Shown here: positions 40,681 to 51,395 of the stretch, piece by piece
Position numbering within the stretch: the stretch's first letter is position 1
How the letters are laid out: each line of letters opens with the position of its first letter
Virus record (IMG/VR): IMGVR_UViG_3300032007_000001
Source of the DNA: a virus
Lineage: Duplodnaviria; Caudoviricetes
Strand: one strand, 5' to 3'
Length of the DNA stretch: 64,000 bases
Made by a program: the position numbers and the translations under genes
Notes under the pieces: generated by a model
Told to the model about the DNA's origin: nothing
Database searches by the model: none
The model's input: the letters and a program-made list of their open reading frames with translations, nothing else

Positions 40681-40693
40681 AACATTCATTTAA

Positions 40694-41077
40694 GTATTTG
40701 CGAAAAGTAAATAACCCTATTGAAAAGGAACTCTCTATGCAAATACATTAATAACAATTAGGCGAGAAGTAAAAACATAATCTTTATTAAGCTTATAATG
40801 TACAGGAACCCCTTATGCCTAAAATGCCTTTAAGATGCGAGAAGTAAATCACTGTTTTCAAATAACTTGCGAAAAGGAACTTCTTATGCATCTGTAAATA
40901 TACTATTTGAAAAAAACATTTTTGTTTTTAACATTTCATATAAATTATAATATGATTTCATAGAAAGTAAATACTTTTTTATAATACAAACAAAAACAAA
41001 GCGAGAAGTAAAATCATCTGTTGTATGCGCCATTGCTGGCGCATGTAGTAATAAAAAGGAACTTCTTATGCTTTGTT
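40694..41077 (-). ncRNA. Array of four conserved structured RNA hairpins
   Basis: Copies 40694-40746, 40758-40822, 40833-40893, 40995-41077; GC-ATA-RRRRGT-TCCT...TTAC-YYYY-C-GC with covarying outer stems. Confidence 0.75.
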
Positions 41078-41089
41078 AATTAAAAAATA

Positions 41090-41845
41090 TTATTTCAAAT
41101 CATAAAAATCTATATTATTTCTTAAATATGAAAGTATTTCTAATCGTAAGAAATTATCTGGGTTTTCGAATGAAAAATATTCTCTGCCTTGTAATTTATA
41201 ATGATGTACGTAATTATCAAAATAAATTAAGTCTAATGGGTAAATTTTTGATGAATCTTTAAGTAATTTTTTACAATCTTTATAATTCTTAAAATCAAAC
41301 CAATGTAATGGACATAATGTTCTATCTTTATAATTACAGCTGCTATTTACAAGCAATACATAATTATATTTTTTAGGTAATTCTTTCAATAATGAAATTT
41401 GTCTATTATATCTATAATCCAATACTATATAATCATAACAGCTTAAATCCAAATTAAAAATATCTTCATGATGCAATAATCTTGTTATAGAAAGTGTTAA
41501 AATAATATCATCATATTTTGTTTTTAATTGTTTTGCTAATGTATCATCATTTATTGTAAATCTTTTGAATTCTAAACTATAATATTTTTGTATAATTTCC
41601 TTGCTACAATTTTTTTGAATTAATATTTCTATTGGAAAATGTTTTTTTACTTCATTTAATAAATATAAATATTCATCAAAATCGTGTGAAAAATTGCCAT
41701 CTTCAACTCTAGTATTTATTCCATCTCGTATATAAGATGGCGTATATATGCATTCTATATTTTCTTTTCTTTTTGAGAAGAAATCAATAAACTTTTTGTT
41801 TGTTTCTTCATTAATTGGCATATATGGTATTTCAAATTTTTTCAT
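41090..41845 (-). CDS. U32-family-like protein, second copy
   Basis: FEIPY, LTLSITR, VLDYRYNR, LLVNSSC, HYKLQGR motifs paralleling 1480..2442. Confidence 0.65.
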   Translation of the reverse strand: MKKFEIPYMPINEETNKKFIDFFSKRKENIECIYTPSYIRDGINTRVEDGNFSHDFDEYLYLLNEVKKHFPIEILIQKNCSKEIIQKYYSLEFKRFTINDDTLAKQLKTKYDDIILTLSITRLLHHEDIFNLDLSCYDYIVLDYRYNRQISLLKELPKKYNYVLLVNSSCNYKDRTLCPLHWFDFKNYKDCKKLLKDSSKIYPLDLIYFDNYVHHYKLQGREYFSFENPDNFLRLEILSYLRNNIDFYDLK

Positions 41846-42275
41846 ATATTTATCACCATATATATATTATTTTGTACAAAAAAAATTTTTTTTGATATAA
41901 TTAATTGAAGGTGGTGACAAAATATGCAAGAAATTGATTCGAGTTATTTTAAGGATTTGCATTCAAATGCTTTTTTGCGTTTACAAGGGAAAGAACAAGA
42001 AGAAAAAATAAAAGATATACAAAGACAATTCAAAAATTATTTGAAGAAAAAATGTAATCTGAATGACAAACAATTTGAGATTCTTTATAAATATAGCAAG
42101 GCATCAAGCTATAAAACATTCGAAAATAATTTTATAAAGTATATGCAAATTTATAAAGAAGTAAAAGAAAATGAAAAAGTTGATTGATAAATTTCAATCA
42201 ACTTTTTTAATTATGCTAAACAAAAAAAATTGGTTCTTCACTTTTAATTAGAATAACTAAAGTGAGGTATCAACA

Positions 42276-43187
42276 ATGAATAAAGAAACTATTGAACGAA
42301 TTAGGACAAACCAAGAAGAACAAAAAAAGAGAATTATTTATTGGAAGAAACATTGTTTTGAAACAATCGAAACACTTACAAATCTATTAAAAGAAAATTA
42401 CAATGTTTTCAAAAATATGTTAGACTCTCAAAGTCTACGTACAAATAAAAAACAATTTAATAAACTCAGTAGCGTCATGCCATTAGAAACGTTTGACGAT
42501 TTTACTGAGTTTTTATATTTGAAATGTGAAAAAGCCGGCAAAATGAAAAAACATAAATATGGGGGATATTCCTATATTTTGTATAATGATGATTTGTATT
42601 TTCTTAATATTATGAACGGAGATATTAGAATAACACAATTTGGTCTTGTATCGTCAATACCGGAAGAAGACAATGATTTTGTTCCATTCAATATAAAAGA
42701 ATATGGATTGGATTCATTGGAAGATTTAATATTCAAAGGCGAATTAAATAAAGCGTTAGACAATATTTGTTATAAATATGATATTAAAGTAACAATCAAT
42801 AAAGAACTGGACCCAGAAGAATATTACGTAACAGAACATGCTGTAACGCACAATATGACAGATAAAAACGATGCACATGGACTAAAAAGAATATGTCTTT
42901 TATATTTAAGCCATGGATTTGCAATAACACAAAAACCAATATTCTGCAATCTTTCTCATAGATTAAAAGCTTGGGAACGAGCCATACAAAATATGACATA
43001 TGATGGTTTTCATTATTCAAATAAATCAAGAGATAGAATTTTCCTAAAAGATTCAATAGTAAAGGTATTTATAAATCAAGATATAATGACTTTCATAAGA
43101 AGAGAAAATGGATTGTTTGAAACACCAAAGAAAAATATAAAAATAGAAAAAGGACACGGTGCAGTCCATGTAGAAACAATCGAATAA
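42276..43187 (+). CDS. Hypothetical protein
   Basis: GAGG RBS; 303-aa ORF flanked by terminators. Confidence 0.7.
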   Translation: MNKETIERIRTNQEEQKKRIIYWKKHCFETIETLTNLLKENYNVFKNMLDSQSLRTNKKQFNKLSSVMPLETFDDFTEFLYLKCEKAGKMKKHKYGGYSYILYNDDLYFLNIMNGDIRITQFGLVSSIPEEDNDFVPFNIKEYGLDSLEDLIFKGELNKALDNICYKYDIKVTINKELDPEEYYVTEHAVTHNMTDKNDAHGLKRICLLYLSHGFAITQKPIFCNLSHRLKAWERAIQNMTYDGFHYSNKSRDRIFLKDSIVKVFINQDIMTFIRRENGLFETPKKNIKIEKGHGAVHVETIE

Positions 43188-43218
43188 CAAAAGGAGAGGC
43201 TAAAAAGCCTCTTTTTTA

Positions 43219-43247
43219 TTTACACGATTTTCAAAATGTATTATAAT
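43219..43247 (+). promoter_or_regulatory. sigmaA-type promoter of GL-family array
   Basis: TTTACA-N17-TATAAT. Confidence 0.78.
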
Positions 43248-43271
43248 TGAAAAAAACATTTGGAGAAAACT

Positions 43272-43604
43272 ATGACAATATCTCATGATAAAATTGATTT
43301 TTATGATATTTATAGAAACGATTACATGTTGTTTGGATTATTGCATTGTGTACAAATTACATTTGTAAAAAAAGATAATCAAACAAAATCTTTTATTTCT
43401 ATTGTAGTATATGGGAATGATGAAATAGCTGAAATTAGAAATAAAAATAAAGACTGGTGTTTCGAATTGCTTAAAGAAGATGAAATTTTAGTAGATATAA
43501 AAAGCGAAAACAAGGAAACACCAATATACGATGTTGAAACATTAATACATGACATGACTAATTTTTCATTAAAAGATAATATCAAATATATAGCAGGATT
43601 TTAG
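43272..43604 (+). CDS. C-terminal GL family protein
   Basis: GGAG RBS; ends KYIAGF*. Confidence 0.7.
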   Translation: MTISHDKIDFYDIYRNDYMLFGLLHCVQITFVKKDNQTKSFISIVVYGNDEIAEIRNKNKDWCFELLKEDEILVDIKSENKETPIYDVETLIHDMTNFSLKDNIKYIAGF

Positions 43605-43606
43605 TC

Positions 43607-43897
43607 ATGAAAAAGTTAGAAGAATTCTATACTTTTGAATTTATCAATTCTCATTTCAAAATTATAGTAAACATGACATTGCGAAATGATGAGCTTGTGT
43701 TTTTATATAATTGCGATTTGGTGTTTCCATATGATAGATACTCTACAATTGATGATATTCTTCAAGAAATTCATATGACTGCGTGTGAAGGAAGAATGAA
43801 AGAAGATACTAGACAATTCTTAAATAGATATGCACCAAGACTTCTTAAATATATAAATATTTATATGAAACAACAAAAAAAGATATATGGGGTATGA
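43607..43897 (+). CDS. C-terminal GL family protein
   Basis: Ends KKIYGV*. Confidence 0.7.
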   Translation: MKKLEEFYTFEFINSHFKIIVNMTLRNDELVFLYNCDLVFPYDRYSTIDDILQEIHMTACEGRMKEDTRQFLNRYAPRLLKYINIYMKQQKKIYGV

Positions 43898-43898
43898 C

Positions 43899-44168
43899 AT
43901 GTCAAACCAAACGCTTTTTATTAATGTAGAACATCATTTATTTATATTACAATTTATGTTAAGAGCTAATCAATGCCAAAATATATACCAAAATGTATAT
44001 ATGTATTTTCTTCCAGACGTTTTTATTACAGAAAAATTTTTGAGAGAATCATTAAGAGATTTTAGAGAATATAAAGAAACATTTAACGTGTTATGTAATT
44101 TTGAAAATTATTTATTAAATAAAATCAATTGTGAAATAAAAAAATCAATGAAGTGGTATGGATTATGA
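43899..44168 (+). CDS. C-terminal GL family protein
   Basis: Ends MKWYGL*. Confidence 0.7.
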   Translation: MSNQTLFINVEHHLFILQFMLRANQCQNIYQNVYMYFLPDVFITEKFLRESLRDFREYKETFNVLCNFENYLLNKINCEIKKSMKWYGL

Positions 44169-44461
44169 GAGTAGTGAGATATACTTTTCCAGGGTCTAAA
44201 TATGAAAGTTTTACCACCAGAGTCGGAGAACTGGAAATAGATGGTTACGTTAAAAACAACAAAATAAAACTATTTGTATCTGATTGGATAGATTGTAAAA
44301 AATATGTATTAACTTCTCCAACTCACATGAATGAAAATTTCATGGAACATAAAAAACTTTTTGATTATGAACGCTTGCAACTCCCAAACAAAAAAATAAA
44401 AGAATATGAAAAGTGTGTTAATGAATTTATAAATGGAATGGCTATTTATTATGGGTTATGA
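44165..44461 (+). CDS. C-terminal GL family protein
   Basis: ATGA overlap; ends AIYYGL*. Confidence 0.7.
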   Translation: MRVVRYTFPGSKYESFTTRVGELEIDGYVKNNKIKLFVSDWIDCKKYVLTSPTHMNENFMEHKKLFDYERLQLPNKKIKEYEKCVNEFINGMAIYYGL

Positions 44462-44766
44462 AAATGATTAGAAAAACAAATAATAGTTACGTAGAAAAAA
44501 TTTCATATGAAGACAATAAAATTACAATTTTCATTTCTACAATTATGAAAAATTCATTTTCTATAGAATTAACTAACATAAAAGGAAATGCAAAACAAAA
44601 GAAATTATATCTAATGGATGCTCCTTTTATGGAAATGATAAATTTGGATAAACACAACAAAACACTTTCAATTATTCCAATAAATTTAAGCAACAAAACA
44701 TTAAAAACATATAACGATTTAATTAACAACGCAATCAAAAAATTATCTATATATTACGGATTATGA
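44458..44766 (+). CDS. C-terminal GL family protein
   Basis: ATGA overlap; ends SIYYGL*. Confidence 0.7.
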   Translation: MKMIRKTNNSYVEKISYEDNKITIFISTIMKNSFSIELTNIKGNAKQKKLYLMDAPFMEMINLDKHNKTLSIIPINLSNKTLKTYNDLINNAIKKLSIYYGL

Positions 44767-45068
44767 GGAGATGTATGCATGCTAGAATCAATTCAAAAAA
44801 TTAAAAACTATCAATTGTATTCGTTTATGGAGCAAATTAATGAAAAATTTTTTAGCGTATCTTTTGCAGTATTTGATTCCGGTTCTATACGCGTTAACAT
44901 TTCACAATATAAATCTCTATATAAAAAGCATCTATTAAAATCAATCAATTTCACATCAGAAAATTTCACTAACTTAATTTCTATAAAAGATTCAATGTTT
45001 GAAGGTAATGAATTCGATATTAAAATTGCTTTTGAAAACGCATTGGAAGAATTTTTGGAGTTAAAAAA

Positions 45069-45362
45069 ATGATTTTAAGAAAAATTATAGACGGGAACAA
45101 TTACACAATAGCATTATATGATTTTTATTATGAAAATGCTTTATGTTTCTATATAGAAAGAAAAAATGCTCATTTTGTAATGGTACAAACATCTCCACAA
45201 AAACACGATACTTTAATTGATAAAACAAATTTATCTAACTTTATATATAAACAGTTATTAAATCAAGAATTGGGAGTATTCACTGGATTTGAAAAGGATT
45301 TAGCCAATGACTTGGCTTCTTTTTATCCATTAACAAAATATATAATAAAAATAGGACTTTAA
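45069..45362 (+). CDS. C-terminal GL family protein (FYPL subfamily)
   Basis: Ends FYPLTKYIIKIGL*. Confidence 0.72.
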   Translation: MILRKIIDGNNYTIALYDFYYENALCFYIERKNAHFVMVQTSPQKHDTLIDKTNLSNFIYKQLLNQELGVFTGFEKDLANDLASFYPLTKYIIKIGL

Positions 45363-45913
45363 GAAAATAAAAAAAGGCCACACATAAAAATGTGTGGCCT
45401 TTTTTTGTGTTATTCTGGATAAATAAAACCAAACCGTTTTTCTGCTTCTACCTTTGCTTTGTCAAAAGACATATAAGCCTCACCATACGTTTCCTCTACT
45501 ATCGGAGAATCAGGATTCAGCATATCTGTGATAATATATCCTGCCCATCCGGCCTCAATTTTTATTTTTTGGTTGTTATGACAAAATATCCCAGTTTTCT
45601 CGATTTGGTCTTTTACTTTTTGGTAATTACCAGGAATCACAAATATACCTCCTCTTCAATCGTTTATTGGATTTCTACAAGTTCATATTCTGGTTTGATA
45701 TACGTGCGACCGGAAAACATCTGAATCTCATAACCATTCCCATCCGCAGGATTAGGCATGAGTTCTGCCGGAATAACACTATTGATTTTACCGAGAATAT
45801 GTGTTGTAATAATACGAACTACTTGACCAGGCAAAAACATACATTTCACCTCCTTTCATGGTTATATTATACCATAAATCGAGGAAAATGTAAATAGTTT
45901 TGTGCAATTTTAT

Positions 45914-46234
45914 TCAAAGGCCAACCGTATTTTTACAAAAATTTTCAGAAAAAAAAATTAGTTGGTTTTCTATAAAATCATAATCTTTACAACTTGAACG
46001 CGAAATATTTTTATTGTTAAGAGAAGACATGACATTAACGATAATATGTTTTTTATTATTTGTATTTTGATATTTATTAAAAAAATCAAACGTTGCATTC
46101 CCAGAAATCATTTTATCATTAAAAATAATTGTATAGTACAATACAAAAATATTATTGTAACGCGCTTGATTGCGAATTCTTCCAGAAAGAATAATCTCAA
46201 GATTTTTTGATTTTATTGTTTTTCCAACATACAT
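45914..46234 (-). CDS. C-terminal GL family protein
   Basis: Ends KNTVGL*. Confidence 0.68.
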   Translation of the reverse strand: MYVGKTIKSKNLEIILSGRIRNQARYNNIFVLYYTIIFNDKMISGNATFDFFNKYQNTNNKKHIIVNVMSSLNNKNISRSSCKDYDFIENQLIFFSENFCKNTVGL

Positions 46235-46253
46235 AATTATTTCCCCTTATCTA

Positions 46254-46547
46254 TCATAATCCACTTTCTTTTACAAGCGCTTTTACAAAAGTCAACAACA
46301 CCCCTTTTGTAATTGGATGTTGTTGTGATATGGCATTAATTGAAAAATCCTTTTCATGTATCCTGTCTAAAACCATATCAGAAATATCAAAACGGTCACA
46401 AACTCTAGAAAAATCAATTGATTTATGATTTTTAGGAATTCTAAAAACAGAAATAACGATGCTTCTATTGAATGTATCGAAAAAAAATGTATAAATATAT
46501 TTTTTTGATTTTACGCCGTAAACCTTTCCATTGTGTTTGATATACAT
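46254..46547 (-). CDS. C-terminal GL family protein
   Basis: AAAGGAG RBS; ends VKESGL*; MYI.. subfamily with 46847, 47132, 47469. Confidence 0.7.
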   Translation of the reverse strand: MYIKHNGKVYGVKSKKYIYTFFFDTFNRSIVISVFRIPKNHKSIDFSRVCDRFDISDMVLDRIHEKDFSINAISQQHPITKGVLLTFVKALVKESGL

Positions 46548-46557
46548 ATTTTCTCCT

Positions 46558-46845
46558 TTACAGCCCATAACATTTTTTACAAACAATCTTATAAAAATCA
46601 TATAAGGAATTTATAAGAAACGTTCTATCATATTTATGGTTTTTCGCTTCATGTGCAATAATGCTAAAAACTGTATTTTTTATTTGCTGAAAATTGCAAA
46701 CGATAAAATTTACATAAAAAGAATCCGCAATCCTTTCATCCTCATATACAAACGTATAAAAAAACGTTTCATCTATATAAGACAAATACAAAGATGAAAT
46801 GTTATCTCTATAAACATAAGAAAGATTGCATCCACCGGTTCTCAT
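46558..46845 (-). CDS. C-terminal GL family protein
   Basis: Ends KKCYGL*. Confidence 0.68.
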   Translation of the reverse strand: MRTGGCNLSYVYRDNISSLYLSYIDETFFYTFVYEDERIADSFYVNFIVCNFQQIKNTVFSIIAHEAKNHKYDRTFLINSLYDFYKIVCKKCYGL

Positions 46846-46846
46846 G

Positions 46847-47128
46847 TTATTCTCCATTATATAATGTCAATTTATTTCTAAATTTTACAAAAATATCTTT
46901 TTTGATTGGATGACTTTTAGCTATATAAGAAAATGAATAATTTTGCATATTTATGCAATCCAATATTTTCGTTGAAATTATAAACGTATCAATCAACAAT
47001 TTACATCTTTTTGTAATATCATAAATATTTATATCAAAACAATCCAAATTTGGCAAATATGAAAACACGTACATACGTTGTTTGTTCTTGATGTATATTA
47101 TTTTTTTTGCAAAATCTTTTATGTACAT
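46847..47128 (-). CDS. C-terminal GL family protein (GE variant)
   Basis: Ends TLYNGE*. Confidence 0.65.
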   Translation of the reverse strand: MYIKDFAKKIIYIKNKQRMYVFSYLPNLDCFDINIYDITKRCKLLIDTFIISTKILDCINMQNYSFSYIAKSHPIKKDIFVKFRNKLTLYNGE

Positions 47129-47131
47129 GAT

Positions 47132-47467
47132 TCACAACCCGCTTTCGATACGAAGCATGTTTTGAAATTTCATAAAGATATTTTTCTTAACCGATAAGAC
47201 ATTTTCCATTTCTTTTATATTAAGTTTTTTTATATGACCAAGAAAAAAAACTGGCACTTTTGCATTTTCTTTATTTATATAATTGAAATACCAAATTGGT
47301 ATTTCAAAATGAGAAACATGCTCAAGAAAAAAATAATTGGACAAATTGCTTTTGCATAATTTGCTAATATTAACAACAACACTATTTGTTGCTATACTGA
47401 AACCGAACGAATAAGAATAATTATTTTCTTTTATTGAATATCTCTTTCCCCATTTTGTAATATACAT
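47132..47467 (-). CDS. C-terminal GL family protein
   Basis: Ends RIESGL*. Confidence 0.7.
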   Translation of the reverse strand: MYITKWGKRYSIKENNYSYSFGFSIATNSVVVNISKLCKSNLSNYFFLEHVSHFEIPIWYFNYINKENAKVPVFFLGHIKKLNIKEMENVLSVKKNIFMKFQNMLRIESGL

Positions 47468-47468
47468 T

Positions 47469-47777
47469 TCAAAAACCACTTTCAAATTTAATATTATTTA
47501 TAAGTTTCTTAAAAATATTTTTTTCAGTACGACAAATAGTTTCGATTTTTTTCATTTCAAATTTATTTTTTGAATGAATTACAATATGGACATCATTATT
47601 TGATATAATATATGTATGTTTATGCGTGCGATTTATTACGACATCATTATCCTTATCAATATCATAAATAACTATAATAATAGCATTTGCGTTATAAAAG
47701 CCAAAATGATATTCTTTATTTCTTTGCTGAACTATATGTAGTTTTTCTCTGCCTAATATATATTCGTACATAATCAA
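47469..47777 (-). CDS. C-terminal GL family protein
   Basis: Ends KFESGF*. Confidence 0.7.
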   Translation of the reverse strand: MIMYEYILGREKLHIVQQRNKEYHFGFYNANAIIIVIYDIDKDNDVVINRTHKHTYIISNNDVHIVIHSKNKFEMKKIETICRTEKNIFKKLINNIKFESGF

Positions 47778-48034
47778 ATCAACGGGAAAGAACCCGCTCT
47801 CTCCTTATCAAGTGCCGCAATCATGATACGAGATGCACGAACGGCGCATTCATTTCTATCATCTGTATATTCTTTATTTGCCATTTCGCGAAGAAATGCA
47901 ACGCAAAGCCTTACAAGAGATTGCTGCGTAGTTGGGTGGTCGTTGGCAAGATACTTTGCGAATACTTTATCTTTGCATCCGAAACTATCTGCATACAATG
48001 ACATTGCTTTTGTAATTTCTTTTTCGCTATACAT
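47774..48034 (-). CDS. Hypothetical phage protein
   Basis: AAAGGAG RBS; HPTTQQS...DDRNE motif. Confidence 0.7.
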   Translation of the reverse strand: MYSEKEITKAMSLYADSFGCKDKVFAKYLANDHPTTQQSLVRLCVAFLREMANKEYTDDRNECAVRASRIMIAALDKERAGSFPLI

Positions 48035-48981
48035 AGTTATTCTCCTTTCACTTAACGACCAAACCTTTTACGACTTTCCATTTCCATTCTAATTTTCTTT
48101 CTTCTATTAAGTCGTTCTATTTTTTCCAATAATTCTCTATCTTTTTCTGAATAGTGGTTTCTTTGTTTTGGATAATAAAAAACATCAAAAATACTGTAAC
48201 TATAAAGATGTATTTTTCCTTGTTCTTTTCTTACAACGACTGGTTTTATATCGTTATACCAATCAGTAAATCCAACGACAAAAAATTCGTCATCTTTCAT
48301 TGAATTAAGTTGTTTACGACGTTTCTTGAAAAAATCTTCTATTCTTTTTTCATTGATGCTATGGATAAAATGCATTTCTGTATTTTCCCATTGCTTTTTG
48401 AGCCAATTTTCTTCTGCTATCTCTTCAAGAAATTCATTTCCATCTACAAATTCAAAATTTTCCATAATCATACACCTTAACCTTTTTACGATTATAGATT
48501 TTTTTACTTTGCTTAACGCGGGTTACGGGGGAGAATCCCCAAACAACTCTTTTTGAGACGTCTGCCTCGCGTTTTGCTTTTTTTGATTTTTTACTATACG
48601 AAACAAACATCTCTTTTTCCTCCTTAATAAGTTCTTGCACAAATGGGATTGCTCGTCAGCACCGCCATTTTACGAATTGCAACAACGTCCTTGAGCATTC
48701 TTCTTCCTTTAGCATAATCAACACCATCAATCGACATAACGAATCCATACGTATACATCGACGGGAAAAACTCGAAAAAGCGATGAAATGCTTCGTAATC
48801 GCTGACATTGCTATCGTCCCAAGAATACACCTTCACTCTCGGCATTTCGTCGCCAATCCTAACATTTGCTGCCATAACATTTGCCTTGTCAAAAAATCCA
48901 CTCCAATGATTCTTATTCATGCATTCGTATTCATCTTCGTTCCTGATTACAAGCTTAGCCACAAACATTTTCCGTTCCTCC

Positions 48982-49518
48982 TCAATTATTTTTGTAGTAA
49001 ATGCTTTCGCAAAGGTAATTCAAAACATAAAGGAGATTCCTTGTTACGAAAGTATTGTACAAATATTTCTTCATTCCATACGGCATCTTCACAGTGATTC
49101 GCTTGTCACCTTCATGAAGCGTTTTATTATATTCTTTTTTATCTTCATTTTCAATACCATGATTGTAAATGATGTTGTGCATATTGATATTGTCAAATTT
49201 GATTTCAAAAGGTTTGTTTTTATATTCACCAATTACTGTGAAAACAAATCCAGAAGTATATTCTCCAGTCGTTTCAGCCGAAATTGTCTGAATCTTTACA
49301 TCATCATTTTTATAGAATATATTACTCAACGTAATGAACGTACCAGCTTTTTCGATGCCTTTGCCATCACTATGCAAAATACAAACATCGCAAGAGATAT
49401 CTTTGCCTTCATCACTAGTTACGTACTCTCTGAACTTTCCAATGATTCCACAGCGAGGAAGTTCACCAACATATTCGTTGTACAACTTCTTACTATACTT
49501 GAACGCTTTGCTAATCAT
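48982..49518 (-). CDS. Hypothetical protein, first gene of an early-type operon
   Basis: AGGAGG RBS; promoter 49548-49576. Confidence 0.7.
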   Translation of the reverse strand: MISKAFKYSKKLYNEYVGELPRCGIIGKFREYVTSDEGKDISCDVCILHSDGKGIEKAGTFITLSNIFYKNDDVKIQTISAETTGEYTSGFVFTVIGEYKNKPFEIKFDNINMHNIIYNHGIENEDKKEYNKTLHEGDKRITVKMPYGMKKYLYNTFVTRNLLYVLNYLCESIYYKNN

Positions 49519-49647
49519 ATATTCTAGCCTCCTTTTATCTTAATGCTATTATACCACAAATCATTAAAAATGTAAATAACTTTTAACATAAAATTTTTAA
49601 GAAAAATAAAGATATATCTTATATAGAAAAAAGATAGGAGATGCACT

Positions 49648-50772
49648 ATGAACGTTATAACAAAAAATTTAATAGCATCTTTGCACAAAACAGCTATGAA
49701 TGACGAAACATATTTCGATTCATTGAAAACAACAAACAAAGAAAATGAATTATCTATAGGAGAACTGGTAGACGAAGTCATAGAAAACTCCTATAACGAC
49801 TGTGGATTTAATTTAACAGAAAAGTTTTTCAATAAATATGACAATACAAATAACGATAAAATTGATTACGAACAATTCATAGCAAATACAAAAGCTTACT
49901 TCAAAAAATCAAAAAAGAACATAATAGAAAAATTCGTAAAAATATATATAGATATGTATGACGAAAAAGACAAAAACGTTATAAAATCTATGAAAAACTA
50001 TCTAAACAGAAATTTCGAAGTAATAACGGAAAGAGTCGTTAATTATCAAGTTCCAGACTTATATGCATTAAAGAATCTAATCAACGACAATACAGACAAA
50101 GATTACGAAAAAATCAAAGACAAAGTCAAAAAAGCATATGATGATGTAAAAAAGATTTTAGAAAAAGAAATGCCAGACTTGCAGCTTGCGAAATTAAAAG
50201 ATAGCGATATCACCATATTAGAAGACGATAGTTATGGAGAATCGAATAGCTACATAGAAGATGGAGAAACTCACTGTACTATTGCCATTGGCCGTTCGCT
50301 TTTGTCTCGTGGCGAAAGCGTACTTATGAATACCATATACCATGAATTATGCCATTGTATTGTAGGACAAGGCGAAGAAGCTGACAAAGCTTGGGAAGAC
50401 GGAAAATTCAAAAATAAAGAAGACGATTATCAAGACATGGCCCATAGCGATAAGATATGGAAAGACGTATCAAAACTGATTTCTGATAAAACCGGCTATG
50501 ACATACAACAAAATGCCGCCGAATATGAAAATAAAACAAAGAAATTAAATCATAATCATGAAGCTTCCATAGTATGCTATAACTGTGGTTGGTTTGATAT
50601 ATATGAAACGTTTGATGATGACTGCGAAAAAGCAGAAAACAATAACTTCTCTTGTCCTGAATGTCATTCATCCGATACAAAAATCATATATCCAAATGAA
50701 AATGAATTAGCTATTATTGATGATGCTATAGCACATGCAAACTTAAAAAAATCGGGGAAATTGGAGATGTAA
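49648..50772 (+). CDS. SprT-like zinc metalloprotease with C-terminal Zn ribbon
   Basis: NTIYHELCH (HExxH), downstream H...W; CYNCG...CPECH. Confidence 0.72.
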   Translation: MNVITKNLIASLHKTAMNDETYFDSLKTTNKENELSIGELVDEVIENSYNDCGFNLTEKFFNKYDNTNNDKIDYEQFIANTKAYFKKSKKNIIEKFVKIYIDMYDEKDKNVIKSMKNYLNRNFEVITERVVNYQVPDLYALKNLINDNTDKDYEKIKDKVKKAYDDVKKILEKEMPDLQLAKLKDSDITILEDDSYGESNSYIEDGETHCTIAIGRSLLSRGESVLMNTIYHELCHCIVGQGEEADKAWEDGKFKNKEDDYQDMAHSDKIWKDVSKLISDKTGYDIQQNAAEYENKTKKLNHNHEASIVCYNCGWFDIYETFDDDCEKAENNNFSCPECHSSDTKIIYPNENELAIIDDAIAHANLKKSGKLEM

Positions 50773-50776
50773 TTAT

Positions 50777-50980
50777 ATGAAAAGATTAATCAAAGCTGAA
50801 AAAACATTTGAATTACTTGATTTACTAAAGAACGCCAATTCTCAAATCAAAGAAGTCCAAAACGAATTAAGAAAGAACAGCAATTACGATTTTAGCCAAG
50901 AACTGAAAGACTTGAATCGCGTAAGAGACAATCTATATATAATTTTTGTCAATATCAAAGAAAAAATAGAAGAGGCATAA
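50777..50980 (+). CDS. MKRLIKA-leader family protein
   Basis: Begins MKRLIKAEK; GGAG RBS. Confidence 0.7.
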   Translation: MKRLIKAEKTFELLDLLKNANSQIKEVQNELRKNSNYDFSQELKDLNRVRDNLYIIFVNIKEKIEEA

Positions 50981-50981
50981 T

Positions 50982-51371
50982 ATGAAACGTCTTATCAAAG
51001 CAGAACGATTAAACGACAATCTTGAGGTCTTGCATTTCAATTTGTGGTTTACTGTCATAGAAGAAGATTCCAGCAAATACAATCATAATGATATGAATAA
51101 TGCTGTTTCAAATACTTGGCTTACAAAACATGACATCGAACGTTTCCTAAAACATTTTGAGAAAAATGATGTGCCAGTAAAAAATATTGAAATAACTTCT
51201 ATCAATAATGATGAAATAACATTTGATGTTATATGTGAAATTGGAAAGGTCGAAACAGATTTTTTGGTTAATAAATTCAATTATTATTACGATGGCACAC
51301 AAACACAAAATTTTGGCACTACAGATGAATGTGTAGCAGTATTTGATGAAGTTATATGTTCTTCAAAATAA
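50982..51371 (+). CDS. MKRLIKA-leader family protein
   Basis: Begins MKRLIKAER; GAGG RBS. Confidence 0.7.
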   Translation: MKRLIKAERLNDNLEVLHFNLWFTVIEEDSSKYNHNDMNNAVSNTWLTKHDIERFLKHFEKNDVPVKNIEITSINNDEITFDVICEIGKVETDFLVNKFNYYYDGTQTQNFGTTDECVAVFDEVICSSK

Positions 51372-51395
51372 AGAAAGCACCCAATGGGGTGCTTT

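Noticed and set aside
40694-41077. Hairpin array as a mini-CRISPR
   Set aside because: The conserved parts are two arms of one stem enclosing loops of very unequal length; flanks covary instead of repeating identically
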